The notes: generated by a model from the letters alone, not told the origin. A stretch of 64,000 bases of DNA from Octopus sinensis (GCF_006345805.1 NC_043019.1:31309360-31373359); one strand, 5' to 3'. Counted from the first letter of the stretch, positions 23,020 to 36,320 are shown. A program made the numbers and translations.

Positions 23020-23345
23020 TATATATAAAGGTAACAAGCAAAGGTAAAGAATTCTCACTAGTACGTCGGTTGAATACCACATAAATATGGGTATAATGCA
23101 AATTACAAACAATAAATTAAATCGAGAGATACAATTGACAGTCCAACAATTTATTTGTATTATGATATAACATAATATACTATGAATAAGGTCCTTCATA
23201 AAGTCCTTCCTGGGTGGGACTGGAATGTCTTTCAATGATATGTCTATAGGTAATTTCTCCATTATACCAGTGAAAAACCATACAGCATTGCTTAGGTAAT
23301 ATAGCAATATATAAGGTAACAAGCAAAGGAAAAGAATGTGATTTA
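23020..23345 (-). pseudogene. Penelope-like retroelement 5' fragment
   Basis: MEKLPIDISLKDIPVPPRKDFMKDLIHSI (23262-23176) resembles PLE N-termini (..YSLKNIP.P.K..Y...LI). ~30-bp direct repeats at ~23021 and ~23308, and a neighbouring HHR. Confidence 0.55.
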
Positions 23346-23515
23346 TATATAAGGGCATTGAATTGTTTATATATCAAAAAATGTATATAGGTCAAAACAA
23401 ATTGTTGGCTTTTTTTAGTTGTTTATGGTATATTATATTATATTGTATTCATAGTATTTTATGTTATATTATAATATAGATTATTGGATTCTCAGTTATA
23501 TCTCTCTATTTAATT

Positions 23516-23517
<2 letters not shown>

Positions 23518-23590
<73 letters not shown>

Positions 23591-23708
23591 TGTATATATT
23601 TATATATACACGATGAACTTCTTGTTTCCAAAACTAGGAACTTTTCAACACCTCATATAAATGCATATACTTGTGTGTGTTTATGTTTCTATCTATCTAT
23701 CTATCTAC

Positions 23709-23757
<49 letters not shown>

Positions 23758-23790
23758 CATATATATATATATATATATGTATACACACAC
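23518..23790. repeat. Compound (TA)n, (TATG)n, (TATC)n microsatellites
   Basis: Read directly from the sequence. Confidence 0.95.
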
Positions 23791-23814
23791 ACACACACAC
23801 ATATAAATATATGA

Positions 23815-23980
23815 ATGATTGGTTTCCTTCAGTTTCTGTCAACAAAATCTACTCACAAGGCTTTGATTGGCCTGACGCTATGGTGGGAGACACTTTCTCA
23901 AGATGCCCCACTGTGCAACTGAACCCAGAATGACAAGGTTGGGAAGCAAGCTTCTCGCCACACAACCACACCTGCACCTA
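23815..23980 (-). mobile_element. SINE family C head
   Basis: Reverse-complement match to the family head. Confidence 0.75.
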
Positions 23981-24029
23981 CAATACTAATGATAAATCAA
24001 TAAATAACGAACCAATCAGCGTTGTGCAC

Positions 24030-24245
24030 TCAACGGCAGTTATCTTAGGATTGAGTGGAAGTTTCTGGTTAGACAAGTCCTTGACATTGTTTCCGATCCT
24101 TGTTGAAGTCTCATTACACTTCACTTAGCACATCACTCATATTGCCAGACTTCATTTAATCATGCTTGATGTTATGTCACCGTTTCCTCCTTTGAGAAAA
24201 GTTTGAACATCACATATCTTATTTTCAATCTGAGGCCTTGTCTTT
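24030..24245 (-). pseudogene. Possible mariner transposase N-terminal (HTH) relic
   Basis: KIRYVMFKLFSKEETVT*HQA*LNEVWQ...NNVKDL resembles KIRYILQFFF.KG......VN.VYG...FDVKD. Heavily decayed. Confidence 0.3.
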
Positions 24246-24448
24246 ATATCACAAATCAATATTATCAAGTGCTCTTTGAATCTTACTTAATGTCTTTCAA
24301 CTTTAAAAAAAATCATTATTTTGTTTTCATTCTTTTTGTCTTTTGTGTTTAGGTCTAAGGTTCATATATCTTTACTTTATTAACCCTTCTATAACCATGT
24401 TTATAATGAAACACACTGTTCATATGTTCAATTCATTGAGAATTTGGA

Positions 24449-24625
24449 GGGCGTAGGAGTGGCTGTGTGGTAAGTAGCTTGCTTACTAACCACATGGTTC
24501 CGGGTTCAGTCCTACTGCGTAGCACCTTGGACAAATGTCTTCTACTATAACCTCGGGCCGACCAAAGCCTTGTGAGTGGATTTGGTTGACGGAAACTGGA
24601 AGAAGCCCGTTGTATATATGTATAT
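24449..24625 (+). mobile_element. SINE family C head, young
   Basis: GGCTGTGTGGTAAGTAGCTTGCTT...GGTTCCGGGTTCAGTCC...CCTCGGGCCGACCAAAGCCTTGTGAGTGG. Confidence 0.85.
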
Positions 24626-25257
24626 ATATTCACTCTAATCACATCCTACCATCTTGAAAAAGGAAATGGTATGTTGGACTATCCAGTCTTTGATATCCTT
24701 AAAATATAATTATTCCTAGCTTTATATGCTTCAAGCTCCACTGTTCCAAATAAAATTTGATAGTCCATCTATTGATTCTTTCAAATATTGTTTCACCCTT
24801 GCCAAATTATGTCTTTACTAATTGATTTAACTTGTCACAGTTTCGTACTTCATTTTTTTTCCATCTTTTTATTTGCATTAATGTCTGTATGGCTAGAAAG
24901 TCTATTTTAGTGATCATTGGTAGAGCAATTTCCTCAGTTTCTGATCTTTACCCTGTTTTCATGACTTTTATCTTAGTTTTCACTGAACATTATATATGAC
25001 ATATAACAGAATCTGCAGATTTTCTGTGTTAAGATAATATTATTGAATCTACTAAATTAAGTTGCAATCTTATTTTATGAGAATGTTTCAGAACATACAG
25101 ATGTTGATTTACTCTTTACTAAATTACTTCTTTAATTGCATATCTGTTGAGTGGAAACATAACCGCTTTTAGCATAAGATGATTAGAAGGAGCCTTTCTT
25201 TGGTCAGAATTTCTGCTAGACATAGCAGCCAAATTTTTCTCATATCATTCTGTACTT

Positions 25258-25260
25258 CAC

Positions 25261-25293
<33 letters not shown>

Positions 25294-25530
25294 TTAACAT
25301 CCATTTTCCATGCTGGCATGGGTTGGATGGTTTGACAGGAGCTAACCAGCTGAAGGGTTTTTCAGGCTCCCTGTCTGTTTCAGCATGGTTTCTTTGGCTG
25401 GATGCCCTCCCTAACGCCAACCACTTTATGGAGTATACTGGGTACTTTTACACAGCACCAGCATGGGGGCTTTTTACATGGCACTAGCGGCACCTATGAG
25501 CCTGCAAGATTAGAGATGCTCAGCTGGAGA
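25258..25530 (-). mobile_element. Repeat family B
   Basis: (CAT)n followed by TTTAACATCCATTTTCCATGCTGGCATGGG...GGATGCCCTCCCTAACGCCAACC. Confidence 0.8.
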
Positions 25531-25669
25531 GGGCTGCAGGGGACAAGCCTATATGTATGAACAACCATACTTTTACTTAGCTTGACATGTCTTTTCAAGC
25601 ACAGCAAACTGCAAGGGGTTTCAATCCCCTGTCATCCTCTCTGTGAGTCCCAAAATCTGTAGATCCTTT

Positions 25670-26600
25670 CTCCCTACCGAAAATTAGAATTGGTGTCTTC
25701 TGCAAGTCATGCTGCTGCAATAATCTTGACATATCTCAACAAACAATAGTTTCAGACATGACATTCCTCAACAAAAGATAGACTAAGATATAGGACTGCT
25801 TTCCACAGTTAAGGGCAACAAAATTTTGAGTGGCTGCATCTGACATCCACACAGAAAAAGGGTTAAACTAAAGTAGGTGACATTGGATAATGTGGTCCTG
25901 AGTTCAGTGTCTCAAAAAAGTAGGACAGTCGTGGTTGGAATGTCTTTGATCACAAGTTTGATGAGGTGCCTTAAATTTCATGGTTATTCCAGTAAAGATG
26001 TTAAATATCTCCTAAAAATTTTCTACAAGTCATGTTGTCTCAATAAACCTGATAAATAGGTTCAGGTGTGGCTGTTTGGTAAGAAGCTTGCTTCCCAACC
26101 ACATGGTTCCGGGTTCAGTCCCACTTGGGTAAGTGTATTTTACTATAGCGTCAGGCCAACCAAAGCCTTGTGAGTGGATTTGGTAGACAGAAACTGAAAA
26201 GAAGCCCATCATATATATATATGTGTGTATATATATATATACACACACACACATGTATATATGTGTGTGTTTGTCCCATTCCCCCATCGCTTCACAACTG
26301 GAGCTGGTGTGTTTATGCCCCCATAACTTAGCAGTTCAGTGAAAGAGACCGATAGAATAAGTACCAGACTTAAAAAAACAAAACAAAAAAAAATGAAAGT
26401 ACTGGAATTGATTCATTCAACTAAGAATTCTTGTAGGTAGTGCCCCAGCATGGCCACAGTCTAATGACTGAAACAAATAAAAGATAAAAGATATCTCAAT
26501 AAAAAATGGCTTCAAGCATGACAATCCTCAACAAAAGATAGATTGGTATATAAAGCTGCTTTTTGCGGTTAAGGGTAAAGAAATTTTGAGTGAATAGTTA
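25670..26600 (-). repeat. Tandem ~300-bp MITE+spacer units (same family as 60291-61190), split by a family C SINE at 26058-26492
   Basis: Reverse complement of AAAGACATTCCAACCACGACTGTCCTACTTTTT...TCAGGACCACATTAT, and TTAACCCTTTT ends. Confidence 0.75.
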
Positions 26601-26675
26601 CTTTTACTTTCACTTTCATTGGTTTTAGCCAGAGGCTGAGGCTGTGCTGGAGCACTGCTTTTAACTAAAGCCTTT

Positions 26676-26793
26676 GCTTCTAGCATCTAAATTTCCCAAG
26701 TAGCCACTCATCTAATTACTAATGAGGCTTGATGTTGCTTGACTTCAGTGATCAGACAAGTACCAATGTTTTCAATGTGATATGTCCACCTGA
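26676..26793 (-). pseudogene. 5S rRNA pseudogene (or 5S-derived SINE head)
   Basis: The reverse complement GGACATATCACATTGAAAACATTGGTACTTGTCTGATCACTGAAGTCAAGCAACATCAAGCC...TTAGTAATTAGATGAGTGGCTACTTGGGAA aligns colinearly over ~118 nt with metazoan 5S rRNA. Differences are mostly CpG to TpG/CpA. Confidence 0.85.
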
Positions 26794-26879
26794 TTTACAC
26801 AGCAAAAGGGTTTGTCAAGAAGACTTAAGTATAAAAGTATCACAGCTGCAGCTATCTCATTCTTTTATCTTATTTGCAG

Positions 26880-26931
26880 GGAACCCAGATGCACATTATA
26901 TAACATAGATTTCTATGACTACTGGATGTAA
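26880..26931 (+). CDS. Candidate terminal exon xEPRCTLYNIDFYDYWM*
   Basis: Strong acceptor tcttttatcttatttgcag| in unique sequence. No partner exon or homolog identified. Confidence 0.15.
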
Positions 26932-27532
26932 TTTAAGAAAGAATTAGCTGCTATTTCCAGCACATGGAGTGACCACATAGACATTCACATGTTTGCCAAT
27001 CAACATGATTGATGATTGGAAGTGCTATTTGCTACAAAACAATTTCAGCAAATAAACACAATTGTCAACTAATTGTCATGTTAACAAATGTCATGGAAAG
27101 ATATTTCTTTCTGAAATTATTTCTATTATTTTTAATTGAAGAATTAGTTTTATGCAAAGCTGTTGAAGTGGAATAGCCACTAGGATTTAGGATTTAATTA
27201 CTATGGTAGCACACTTGAGTTTAAATTTTCTCCAAGTATTTTGCTATGCTTAAGCATGAAAGTGGTTATGTGGTGAGAAGTTTGCTTGTCAATTACCTGG
27301 TTTGAGGTTCTGTCCCACTGTGTGGTACCTTGGGCAAGCATCTTCTACTATAGTTCTAGGCCAACCAAAGCCACATGAGTGAATTTGGCCGGCAGAAACT
27401 GAAAGAAGTCCATTGTATGTGTGTGTGTGTGTGTATAAAAAACCCTGTATTTTAGAAAAACATAAATTTGGAGAAGAAGAACACTCTCAGAAGTAGAGCA
27501 GTCTATATTTATTACTGGTGAAGGCCAGTAAA

Positions 27533-27592
27533 TAGGGTTACCCTGGGTTTCTCATCATAAAGGATACCTTTATGATGTATCTTCAGACCCTA
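27533..27592 (-). ncRNA. Type I hammerhead ribozyme, apparently intact
   Basis: TAGGGT CTGAAGA TAC ATCATAAAGG-TAT-CCTTTATGAT GA GAAAC CCAGG GTA ACCCTA: consensus CUGANGA/GAAA core, 6-bp stem I, long stem II, 3-bp stem III, GUA triplet. Confidence 0.8.
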
Positions 27593-28415
27593 AGACCTGT
27601 TGGACTATGACTTCTTTAATATATGAAGGGGGAAATGATATGGATGTAAACAAGGGGATTGTCTTCCTTTGCTGCTGGCTGTCAGCTTCCCTGGTATTGG
27701 TTTCTTTATATCCCCATATCTTTAGTACCAGACTTAAAATAGCACAAATATTAGGGTTGATTTGTTCAACTAAAATCCTTTATTGCCCCCAGCATGGCCA
27801 CATTTCAATAACTAAAAAGAGTAAACGATAAAAGATAAATAATCTTTAATCTATGTTGCCCACTTCAAATCCACTGTAAGCATTTTGTGTTTAGGATGCC
27901 ACTTCTTGATTACTCAATCTGCTAGAAATAGCAGTCAAATCTCCCTCATATTACATTCAGCTTAGCGGCATTTTGTTCATTTTTTTATATTCAGTGTTTG
28001 AATTCTACTGAGGTCAGCTTTGCCTTTCATCGTTTCAGGGTTGATAAAATAAATACCAGTTGAACACAGGCTAACAGATGGCTGGCAATAGTATATATTG
28101 TTTCGTGGTCATTTTGTAGCTTCTGAATGCCAGTCATATACACTGAAGTTATTCATGAGTATGCACACCATCACATGCCAACTGATGATGGTGTGTTTAT
28201 GTTACCATAACTTAGTGGTTCAGCAAAAGAGACCAGTAAAATAAGTACTAGGCTTATATAAGAATAAGTCCTGGGGAGGTCAATTTCTTTGACTAAAAAC
28301 ACCCTTCAAGGCAGTACTCCTGCATGGCCACAGTCAAATGACTGAAGCAAGTAAAAGAATGAATACTTCATTGTAAAACCATTCTTCAGTACCCCCACCA
28401 ACAATCAAACTCTAC

Positions 28416-28459
28416 CAACTTGAATCATTTTTGATGCCATAGACAATGCAGAGTAGTCT
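28416..28459 (-). CDS. Candidate 44-nt exon (RLLCIVYGIKNDSS or DYSALSMASKMIQV)
   Basis: Acceptor tgttttgtcttctttcag| and donor TG|gtagag. Two frames are open. Confidence 0.2.
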
Positions 28460-30344
28460 CTGAAAGAAGACAAAACATGGTTGGTTACAGCTAGACGGTC
28501 TTGCAACCATATGCTATAACAGCACCAACAACAACCAAAAAATGAAGTCAGTAAAAGAGTGGAAAAATTTAGAAGAATCTAAATAGAAAATTATCAATAA
28601 TCAACCTAAATTAGCATCTCTGTTTCCTAGTGTAGAACCTTTTAAATATGACACTATATAAATAGAAATAATAATTTATGTATATATTTATATTCTGGAA
28701 GCTTTAAAATAATGTCACATAAATAGAAGTCTCCTTTTAATAATGCATCACTGGACCGCTGTTAGTGTAATTATGGACACCACCAGTAAAGTAGAAAAAT
28801 CAGATTTTTTCATTATATTAGAGATAAATGCACACAAAAGAAAATTGGACAGTAGGTTTTAAGTGACAGAAAAATGTTTTTCTATCACAAATGGTCCCAA
28901 CATCTACACGTGGAAAATAGTGAACCTGTCAAACGACTCAATAACAGTGCTTTTTATTTTCTGTTTTATGTATGTATTTATGTATAAATATTTAAGAATA
29001 CTACTAGAAACTTTCAGGTGAAACATCCCATGGTGTAGGTGGCAGGATCACGGAAAATTTGTGAAAATACATAGATATACATTCTCTACCAATAAGCAAT
29101 ACAGAACAATGGGTTAAAAAGGACAATGTTGAAATAAAAATTCTCACCATACATTCAAATCTCCAACATTCTGTTATATTACTGAAGCAGTAACCTATTT
29201 TGAATGGGTGTTGATAAGGAGGAGCAGTGAAAACAGCAGGAGAAAAGAATCCAGATCAAAGTATTGGGGACTTATCCTGGAAACTTTAAACACTTTGGTC
29301 CACAGTGCAAGATCATCCCTTGCACAGTTATTTCAGCTTTGTAATATGTATATATATACACATATGCACATCGTATATATTATATTAACAAGGCAACATC
29401 CTTAGATGCACATAAGAATGCATTCTGTGCCCATATGCTTTACGTAGAGAGGAGCTTTTATGACTCCAATATCTACAATTCCTACTAAATGTATCATACA
29501 ACTATTCACACACTCTCACACATGTAAATAATTAGTTTAAAATGTGGATTCAGAGAACTATGTGGCTGTCAGAGAAAGCTTCTCTTTGGACTCATAAAGA
29601 AGGTTGGGAAACGACCATAAGCCAAAGAATGTCACATCTCATACCTCCTGACGTGTTTGTCTCCACTTTAGATTAAAACAAATTGGAGATGAACACCAAT
29701 TTCTCCATCTGATTCACTTGAAAAATTGTTAAGATATTTTCTTAACATGAAACCAATGATAGCCTTAATATGCAAATAAAGAATCTTTATCCACCAATGC
29801 AGTATTGAGCATGCTATTTTTATGTGAAATTATATATTAAAACAATTTAACAATAAATAGAAGAGTATTTATAAATATCTATATATTAATGAGGTGAATG
29901 AGTTCAAACTAGAAACTACGCTTAGTGTTTTAGAATTAGCACCTTAAAAGTTTACCTCTTACTCAACCTCATAATACTCATCGCATAATAGTTTGTCCTT
30001 ATTCCCCTTGTTGCTATCTTCATTATCATCACCCACAGATTTAGATTCTCAAACCGATAGCTTATCACATTTTAAGCAATGTAATTAAATTCGTATTTGC
30101 AAAGTGACATCCTCTTTTAGTAGCATGTATGATGCTACCTTTTGGCTCCTTTTCATTTTTCAATAATATCAATTTCTTTTTTTTTTTATGTTTTTATCTG
30201 AAACTCTTTCATTCTAGGTTATACTTGATGTGATTTTAATGGATTTCTTTAGAGGATAATATTTTCATTTCCTTATGTTTATAATCTATTTTAATTTGTA
30301 CGTGTGTGTGGATGATGATGAAATAGATAGATAGATAAACAGAT

Positions 30345-30546
30345 AAACATATGTATATGTATATATATATGTATACATATGTGTGTATATATATGTATAT
30401 ATATATATGTACATATATATGTATATGTATGTATATATTATATATATATATATATACTTTATTTAAAGCATATTACTCTACTACTGGTATTTGAGTACTC
30501 TTTTTTCCACCTTGTTTCACATTTATGTGTTTACTCTGGTATATAT

Positions 30547-30602
<56 letters not shown>

Positions 30603-30611
30603 ATGTATCTA

Positions 30612-30652
<41 letters not shown>

Positions 30653-30697
30653 CTATATATATATATATATCTATATATATATATATATTATATGTAT

Positions 30698-30730
<33 letters not shown>

Positions 30731-30845
30731 GTATCTATATATATATATATTATATATTATATATATGTATATATATATATATATGATATATATATATATG
30801 TATATATATGTATATTATATATATATATATGTATATGTATGTATA

Positions 30846-30876
<31 letters not shown>

Positions 30877-31145
30877 GATATATATATATATGTATATATA
30901 TGTATCTATTAATATATATATATATATATATATATATTATGTATATATATGTATCTATATATGTATATTATATATATATATATATATTATATGTATATAT
31001 ATATTATATATATGTGTATATGTGTATATATATATATGTATATTATATATATATGTATATATATATGTATATATATGTATATATATATGTGTGTGTTGTG
31101 TGTGTATATATATATATATGTGTATATATATATATATATATAATA

Positions 31146-31176
<31 letters not shown>

Positions 31177-31257
31177 GTATATATAATATATATATATATG
31201 TGTATATATTATATTATATATATATATATGTGTATATGTGTATATATTATATATATA

Positions 31258-31288
<31 letters not shown>

Positions 31289-31815
31289 GTGTATATGTGT
31301 ATATATATATATATCTATATGTGTATATATTATATATATATATATATAATATATATATATGTGTGTGTATATATATGTATATATATGTGTGTATATATAT
31401 ATATATATAATATATATATATATATTATATATATATGTGTATATATATATGTATCTATATTATATATTATATATATATATATGTATATGTATGTATATTA
31501 TATATATATGTGTATGTATATATATATGTATATATGTATATATATATATATAATATATATATATATATGTATGTATATTATATATATATATATCTATATA
31601 TATATGTATGTATATGTATATATATATATATATATATGTATGTATATGTATATATATATATATATATTATATATATATATATATCTATATATATATATAT
31701 ATGTGTGTGTGTGTATATATATGTGTATATATATGTGTATATATATATGTGTGTATATATATGTGCATATATATGCATAATACATATTGTGTATACATAT
31801 ATATATATATATATA
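30345..31815. repeat. ~1.5-kb (TA)n/(TG)-interrupted low-complexity tract
   Basis: Read directly from the sequence. Source of the YI-repeat ORFs. Confidence 0.95.
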
Positions 31816-32224
31816 CATTCACATACGAGTGTAATTTTCCCTTTGATCCTCTCTCTCTTTTTCTCTGTGTGTGTGTGTATGCACATGCACACATGTGTGT
31901 GTTTGTGTGATGTGACCTATAGTCTTTTAACTTGAATATTGATATACTTAAATTTTGAATATTTTCTTGTTACCATTGGAAATTAATATACTATAGAAAT
32001 TGCTTTAGAATTATTTTAACTCCCTTGTCTGTTGATACATTAATGTATCTATAGGAAATGTGTCAACCTGGCTTTCACACACCTGTACGACAAACTAGTT
32101 CATTTCACAGAATTATGATTCTGGGTTTGAGCCAATGTGTGGCACCTGAGGTAAGTGTCTTCTATAGTAACCTCATGACGACCAATGCTTTCTGAATAGA
32201 ATATGGTAAAAACTGGAAAGAAGT

Positions 32225-32490
32225 CCATTGTAAATATATATGGTTGGCATTTGGAAGGGCATCTAGCTGTAAAAGCCATGTCAAAACTGACCTTATCTGA
32301 CCTTGTCTGTCATATGAAAAGCACTCAGTCCACTCTACAGGATGGCTGGTGTTAGGAATGGCATCCAGCTGTAAAAACCATGCCAAACAGATACTGTAGC
32401 CTGGTGTAGTCTTCTACCTGGACAGATCCTGTTGAACCATCCAAGCGATGACTGCATAGAAGATAGACATTAAATGATGATGGTGATGAG
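32225..32490 (+). mobile_element. Repeat family B with duplicated core
   Basis: GGCATCTAGCTGTAAAA and GGCATCCAGCTGTAAAA both present, with a (GAT)n-like tail. Confidence 0.7.
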
Positions 32491-32493
32491 ATG

Positions 32494-32532
<39 letters not shown>

Positions 32533-32732
32533 TATATATATATATATATTTCTTTATTGCATCTCTTTTAGGCACAGGCATGGCCATGTGGTGAAGAAGT
32601 TTGCTTCCTAACCACTTGGTTTCAGTTTCAGTCCTACTGCATGACACCTTGGGTAAGTGTCACTATCATGTAAGCATGGAAAAGTTTGACATTAAAACAT
32701 TCGAATACTTAGGCCTTATATAACCAGCTTAA

Positions 32733-33233
32733 CCCTTCAGCATTCAGATTACTCTGTCAAATGTAATGATTATATATTCACATTGTTAATCATGCCTTAT
32801 CTTGAATTAATCATTAATCATGCCTTATTTTGTAATTTCAAGAATTTGACAATGCAACTGTTTATTTTTAGAATGACATTGTAGAGGTGTGGAGGCATAT
32901 GGCTTAGTGGTTAGAGTGTTGGGCTCAAGATTGTAAGATAGTGGTTTCAATTCCTAGACCAGGTGATGCATTGTGTCCTTGAGCAAAACACTTCATTTCA
33001 TGTTGCTTCACTCCACTCAGCTAGCAAAATTGTGTAATCCTGTGGTGGACCAGCATCACATCTAGATGGAGAATCCGGAAACCAGCCCTTGAGTCGGTAT
33101 GGCTCGAGAAGAAACTTTAATTTTTTTTCTATTTTATTGTAAGGGTAAGGTGTGAGAGGCTAGATCTGGTTGGTTTTAACTTAAAATAGGTAGAATATTT
33201 TGACCAGATGGGACCAGTTTAAATGCTAAAAGG
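32733..33233. mobile_element. piggyBac-type MITE with a nested family D SINE (~32887-33130)
   Basis: TTAA|CCCTTCAGCATT ... AATGCTAAAAGG|TTAA, with a tRNA-headed SINE inside. Confidence 0.8.
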
Positions 33234-33549
33234 TTAAAGAAAAGAGGTCCTTTGTACTGGAAAAGCTGTCAACCACTGACCAAGTATGGTCCTTTGAATC
33301 ATACAAGGAGTTAGATATTTTCATTAGTGGAAAATAAGAAATAACATGTGTCCCAAATTACTGTTAGATTTTGTTACTGTAAATCATATTGAAATGCTGC
33401 CTTATTTGTTGGACACTTTGTAGTTAGTCGGTAAATAAGAAATGTTTCTCATATCTTACATATACAAATATCAAAGAATCAATACTTTATTAATTTATCA
33501 ACAGACTTGACTTGGGGTTATTTGTTTCTGCAATATTTTTCTATGTGGA

Positions 33550-33787
33550 GTGTGTGTGTATGTGTGCGCGTGTGTGTGCATGCATGTATGCGTGCGTGTG
33601 CATATGTCTGCATGTATGTGTACAAATTGTGTTGTAAGCATGTTTCAATGCAAGGTTTATGCATTTGGGTGCATATGTGTGTACATGTGTGCTTATATAT
33701 GCATGTGTGTATATATATATACATGCATATATGTGCACACACATACACACATATGCAAATGTGTGCACATATATGCAGGTGTGTGTA

Positions 33788-33852
<65 letters not shown>

Positions 33853-33936
33853 GCATATATGTGCACAGACATATAGAAATATGCACCAAAGCACATAAAC
33901 ATATATATATATAATGTGTGTATATTTGTATATACA

Positions 33937-34000
<64 letters not shown>
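33550..34000. repeat. Compound (GT)/(TA) microsatellite
   Basis: Read directly from the sequence. Confidence 0.9.
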
Positions 34001-34348
34001 ATTTTTTGTTTATAGTGTCTCTTTTTTTTGCCAATATCTAAACATATGGTTTAGGGCAAAAACTATAGTTTGTAACTGCTATAGAGTGAAATTAACAAAT
34101 TTTTTCTCATATTTGTTAAGTAAAGTTTCATAAAAACATAACCACTTCCTTTCCTCCAAGCATCTTATCACAAAGATAAGTCTTCATGAACTTAATTCTA
34201 TACAATCTTTTTATTATAAACATACACATACACATGTGTGTATGTATATGTGCATATATTATAAATATACAAACATGTTTGCTTATGATGTATGTATGAT
34301 ACCCTATAGATACATGCTTGCATACATATATGTGTGCATGTGTGTGTG

Positions 34349-34391
<43 letters not shown>

Positions 34392-34424
34392 GTGCATGGG
34401 TGTGTATATGTGTATATATATATA

Positions 34425-35260
34425 TGGGGTGTTACAAAAAAATGAATACACATATTGAAGGTTAAAAAGTCAGTGTTTATTAAAATACATTTCATTGCAA
34501 AATTCAATAGAATCTACAAACATAATTAATAATTTTTGTAATCAATGCCTGTCTTCAAACTGATGACCTTTCTGGTGCAGACGCTACTGATAGCATAAAG
34601 TAATGGCATCGCAAACATCAAGTAACATTTCATTCAATATATATGCGTGCATTCTTTAAGGTTGTGAGCTGGCAGACTCATTACCAAACCAAGCTGGATG
34701 TTCAGTGGCATTTCATGCGTTTTTATATTCTGAGTTCAAATTCCATCATGGTTTGCGTTACCTTTCATTGTTTTGAGGTCGAGTTGAGTACTGGGGTCGA
34801 TGTAATAGGCTTGTTCCTTCTCCTGAACTTTCTTCCTTGTGCCAAAATTTGAAACCATTAAGGCAGCACGTCAACAGAATCATTAGCGCACCAGGTTAAA
34901 TGCTTGGCTCATTTTGTCTGTTTTTATTCTACTGAGGTCGACTTAGCCTTTCATCCTTTGGTGGGAGGGTCGACAAAATAAGTACTAGTTGAGTACTACT
35001 TGCCCCTTCCCCAAAACTACTGGCCTTGTACCAAAATTTAGAAGTAATTGTTATTGTTATTCAAAGGCTGCTCACAATTCATTGACCATTATTGGTTTTG
35101 TACCATAGACTTTGTCTTTTAAGTTTCCTCATAAAAATGTCTAGTGGTGTCTGCAATCTGGTGAACATGGAGTGTATCCTTCTGAACCTCTTCCCCAAAT
35201 CTACCTGTTTAGCAAAATCTCATCAAGGTAAGGCCTAACATTAATATGATAATGTGGGAG
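34425..35260 (-). pseudogene. Tc1/mariner transposase 3' relic split by two family A SINEs (~34655-35045)
   Basis: TPCSPDC..PLDIF...LKDKVYGTKPIMVNEL (35063-35172, cf. WPP.SPDL.PLDFFLWG.LKDKVY), C-terminal QKGHQFE at ~34555, TA|TGGGGTGTTACAAAAA terminus at 34425. Confidence 0.7.
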
Positions 35261-35944
35261 CACTCCATCTTGTTGACAGAAACTGTGTGGAACTCTATTG
35301 TAATGTGTGTGTGTGTCACCACTACTTAATAGTCAGTGTTGGTTTGTTTACATCCTCAAAATTCAACAATTCACTGTAGGGACCAATAGAATAAGTACCC
35401 AACTTAAAAACTAAGCACTTGTGTTGATTTGTTCAGCTAAAACTTTCAAGAAGATGCTCCAGCATGGCTGCACTGCTGTCCAGTAACTGAAACAAGCAAA
35501 CGATAAAAGATGAAATATGAGAACTGGCAAATTTGGTTTCTTTATATTTGAAGAAGATGCAAAAATTTAAAAAAAAATTAAAATAAATTCCACAAAAACA
35601 TAAATTGCAGTAAGTGATATGACCATTCATGACAGTTTGATTGGAATCTAATAGAAACTATTAAGAATTCTTCTAGTTTTGCTTAGAATTTTTTTCAAAA
35701 TGTCACAGGTTTCATCAAATATGTATGTATTCCACTTGCAAATTAGGTTCTCTATACTTACTTTCCTTTAACAAATTTGACTTTTTTGCCTATTTTTCTG
35801 CTTTTCTTTTCTTTTCTTTTCTTTTTTTTCAGTTACTAATTTAACGATACTTTTATCAGCTGAGCTAAATAATTTTTTTCCGTTTTTACCATTTTGTGAA
35901 TTCCATAAAAAAAAAGTTACTAAGTCGGAGTTAGTTTTTGTTCT

Positions 35945-36320
35945 TAACGCCACTACCGCTGTCACTAGACCTACTGCTACCACCACCATCAACACTACTA
36001 CCAATGCCACCGTCATCATCAACGCCCCTATGGCTACCACTGTCACTACCACCACCATCACCACCACTACTGATATCACAACGACCACCACCACCAAAAC
36101 TACTACCAACGCTATCGCCAACACCACCAACACTACTACCAACACCACCACCATCATCACCACTACCAACACCACAATGACCACAACCAACTACACTACC
36201 AGTACCATGATCACCACCACTACTACCAATACTACCACCACCACCACCACCTCTATAACCGCCACCACTACCAATACAACCACCACCACCACCACCACTA
36301 TCACCTCTGCTACTGTTACC
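35945..36320. repeat. Degenerate (ACC/ACT)n trinucleotide tract
   Basis: Read directly from the sequence. Confidence 0.9.

Noticed and set aside
30491-31935. Long ORFs (up to 274 aa) of YI/CV/HT repeats here and at 1.3-2.0, 4.4-5.7, 33.5-34.0 and 57 kb
   Set aside because: They are translations of stop-free (TA)n/(CA)n/(TACA)n microsatellites, with no coding signal.
35124-35227. Plus-strand exon with AAG|gtaagg donor
   Set aside because: The opposite strand encodes the Tc1/mariner SPD..PLD..LKDKVY motif.
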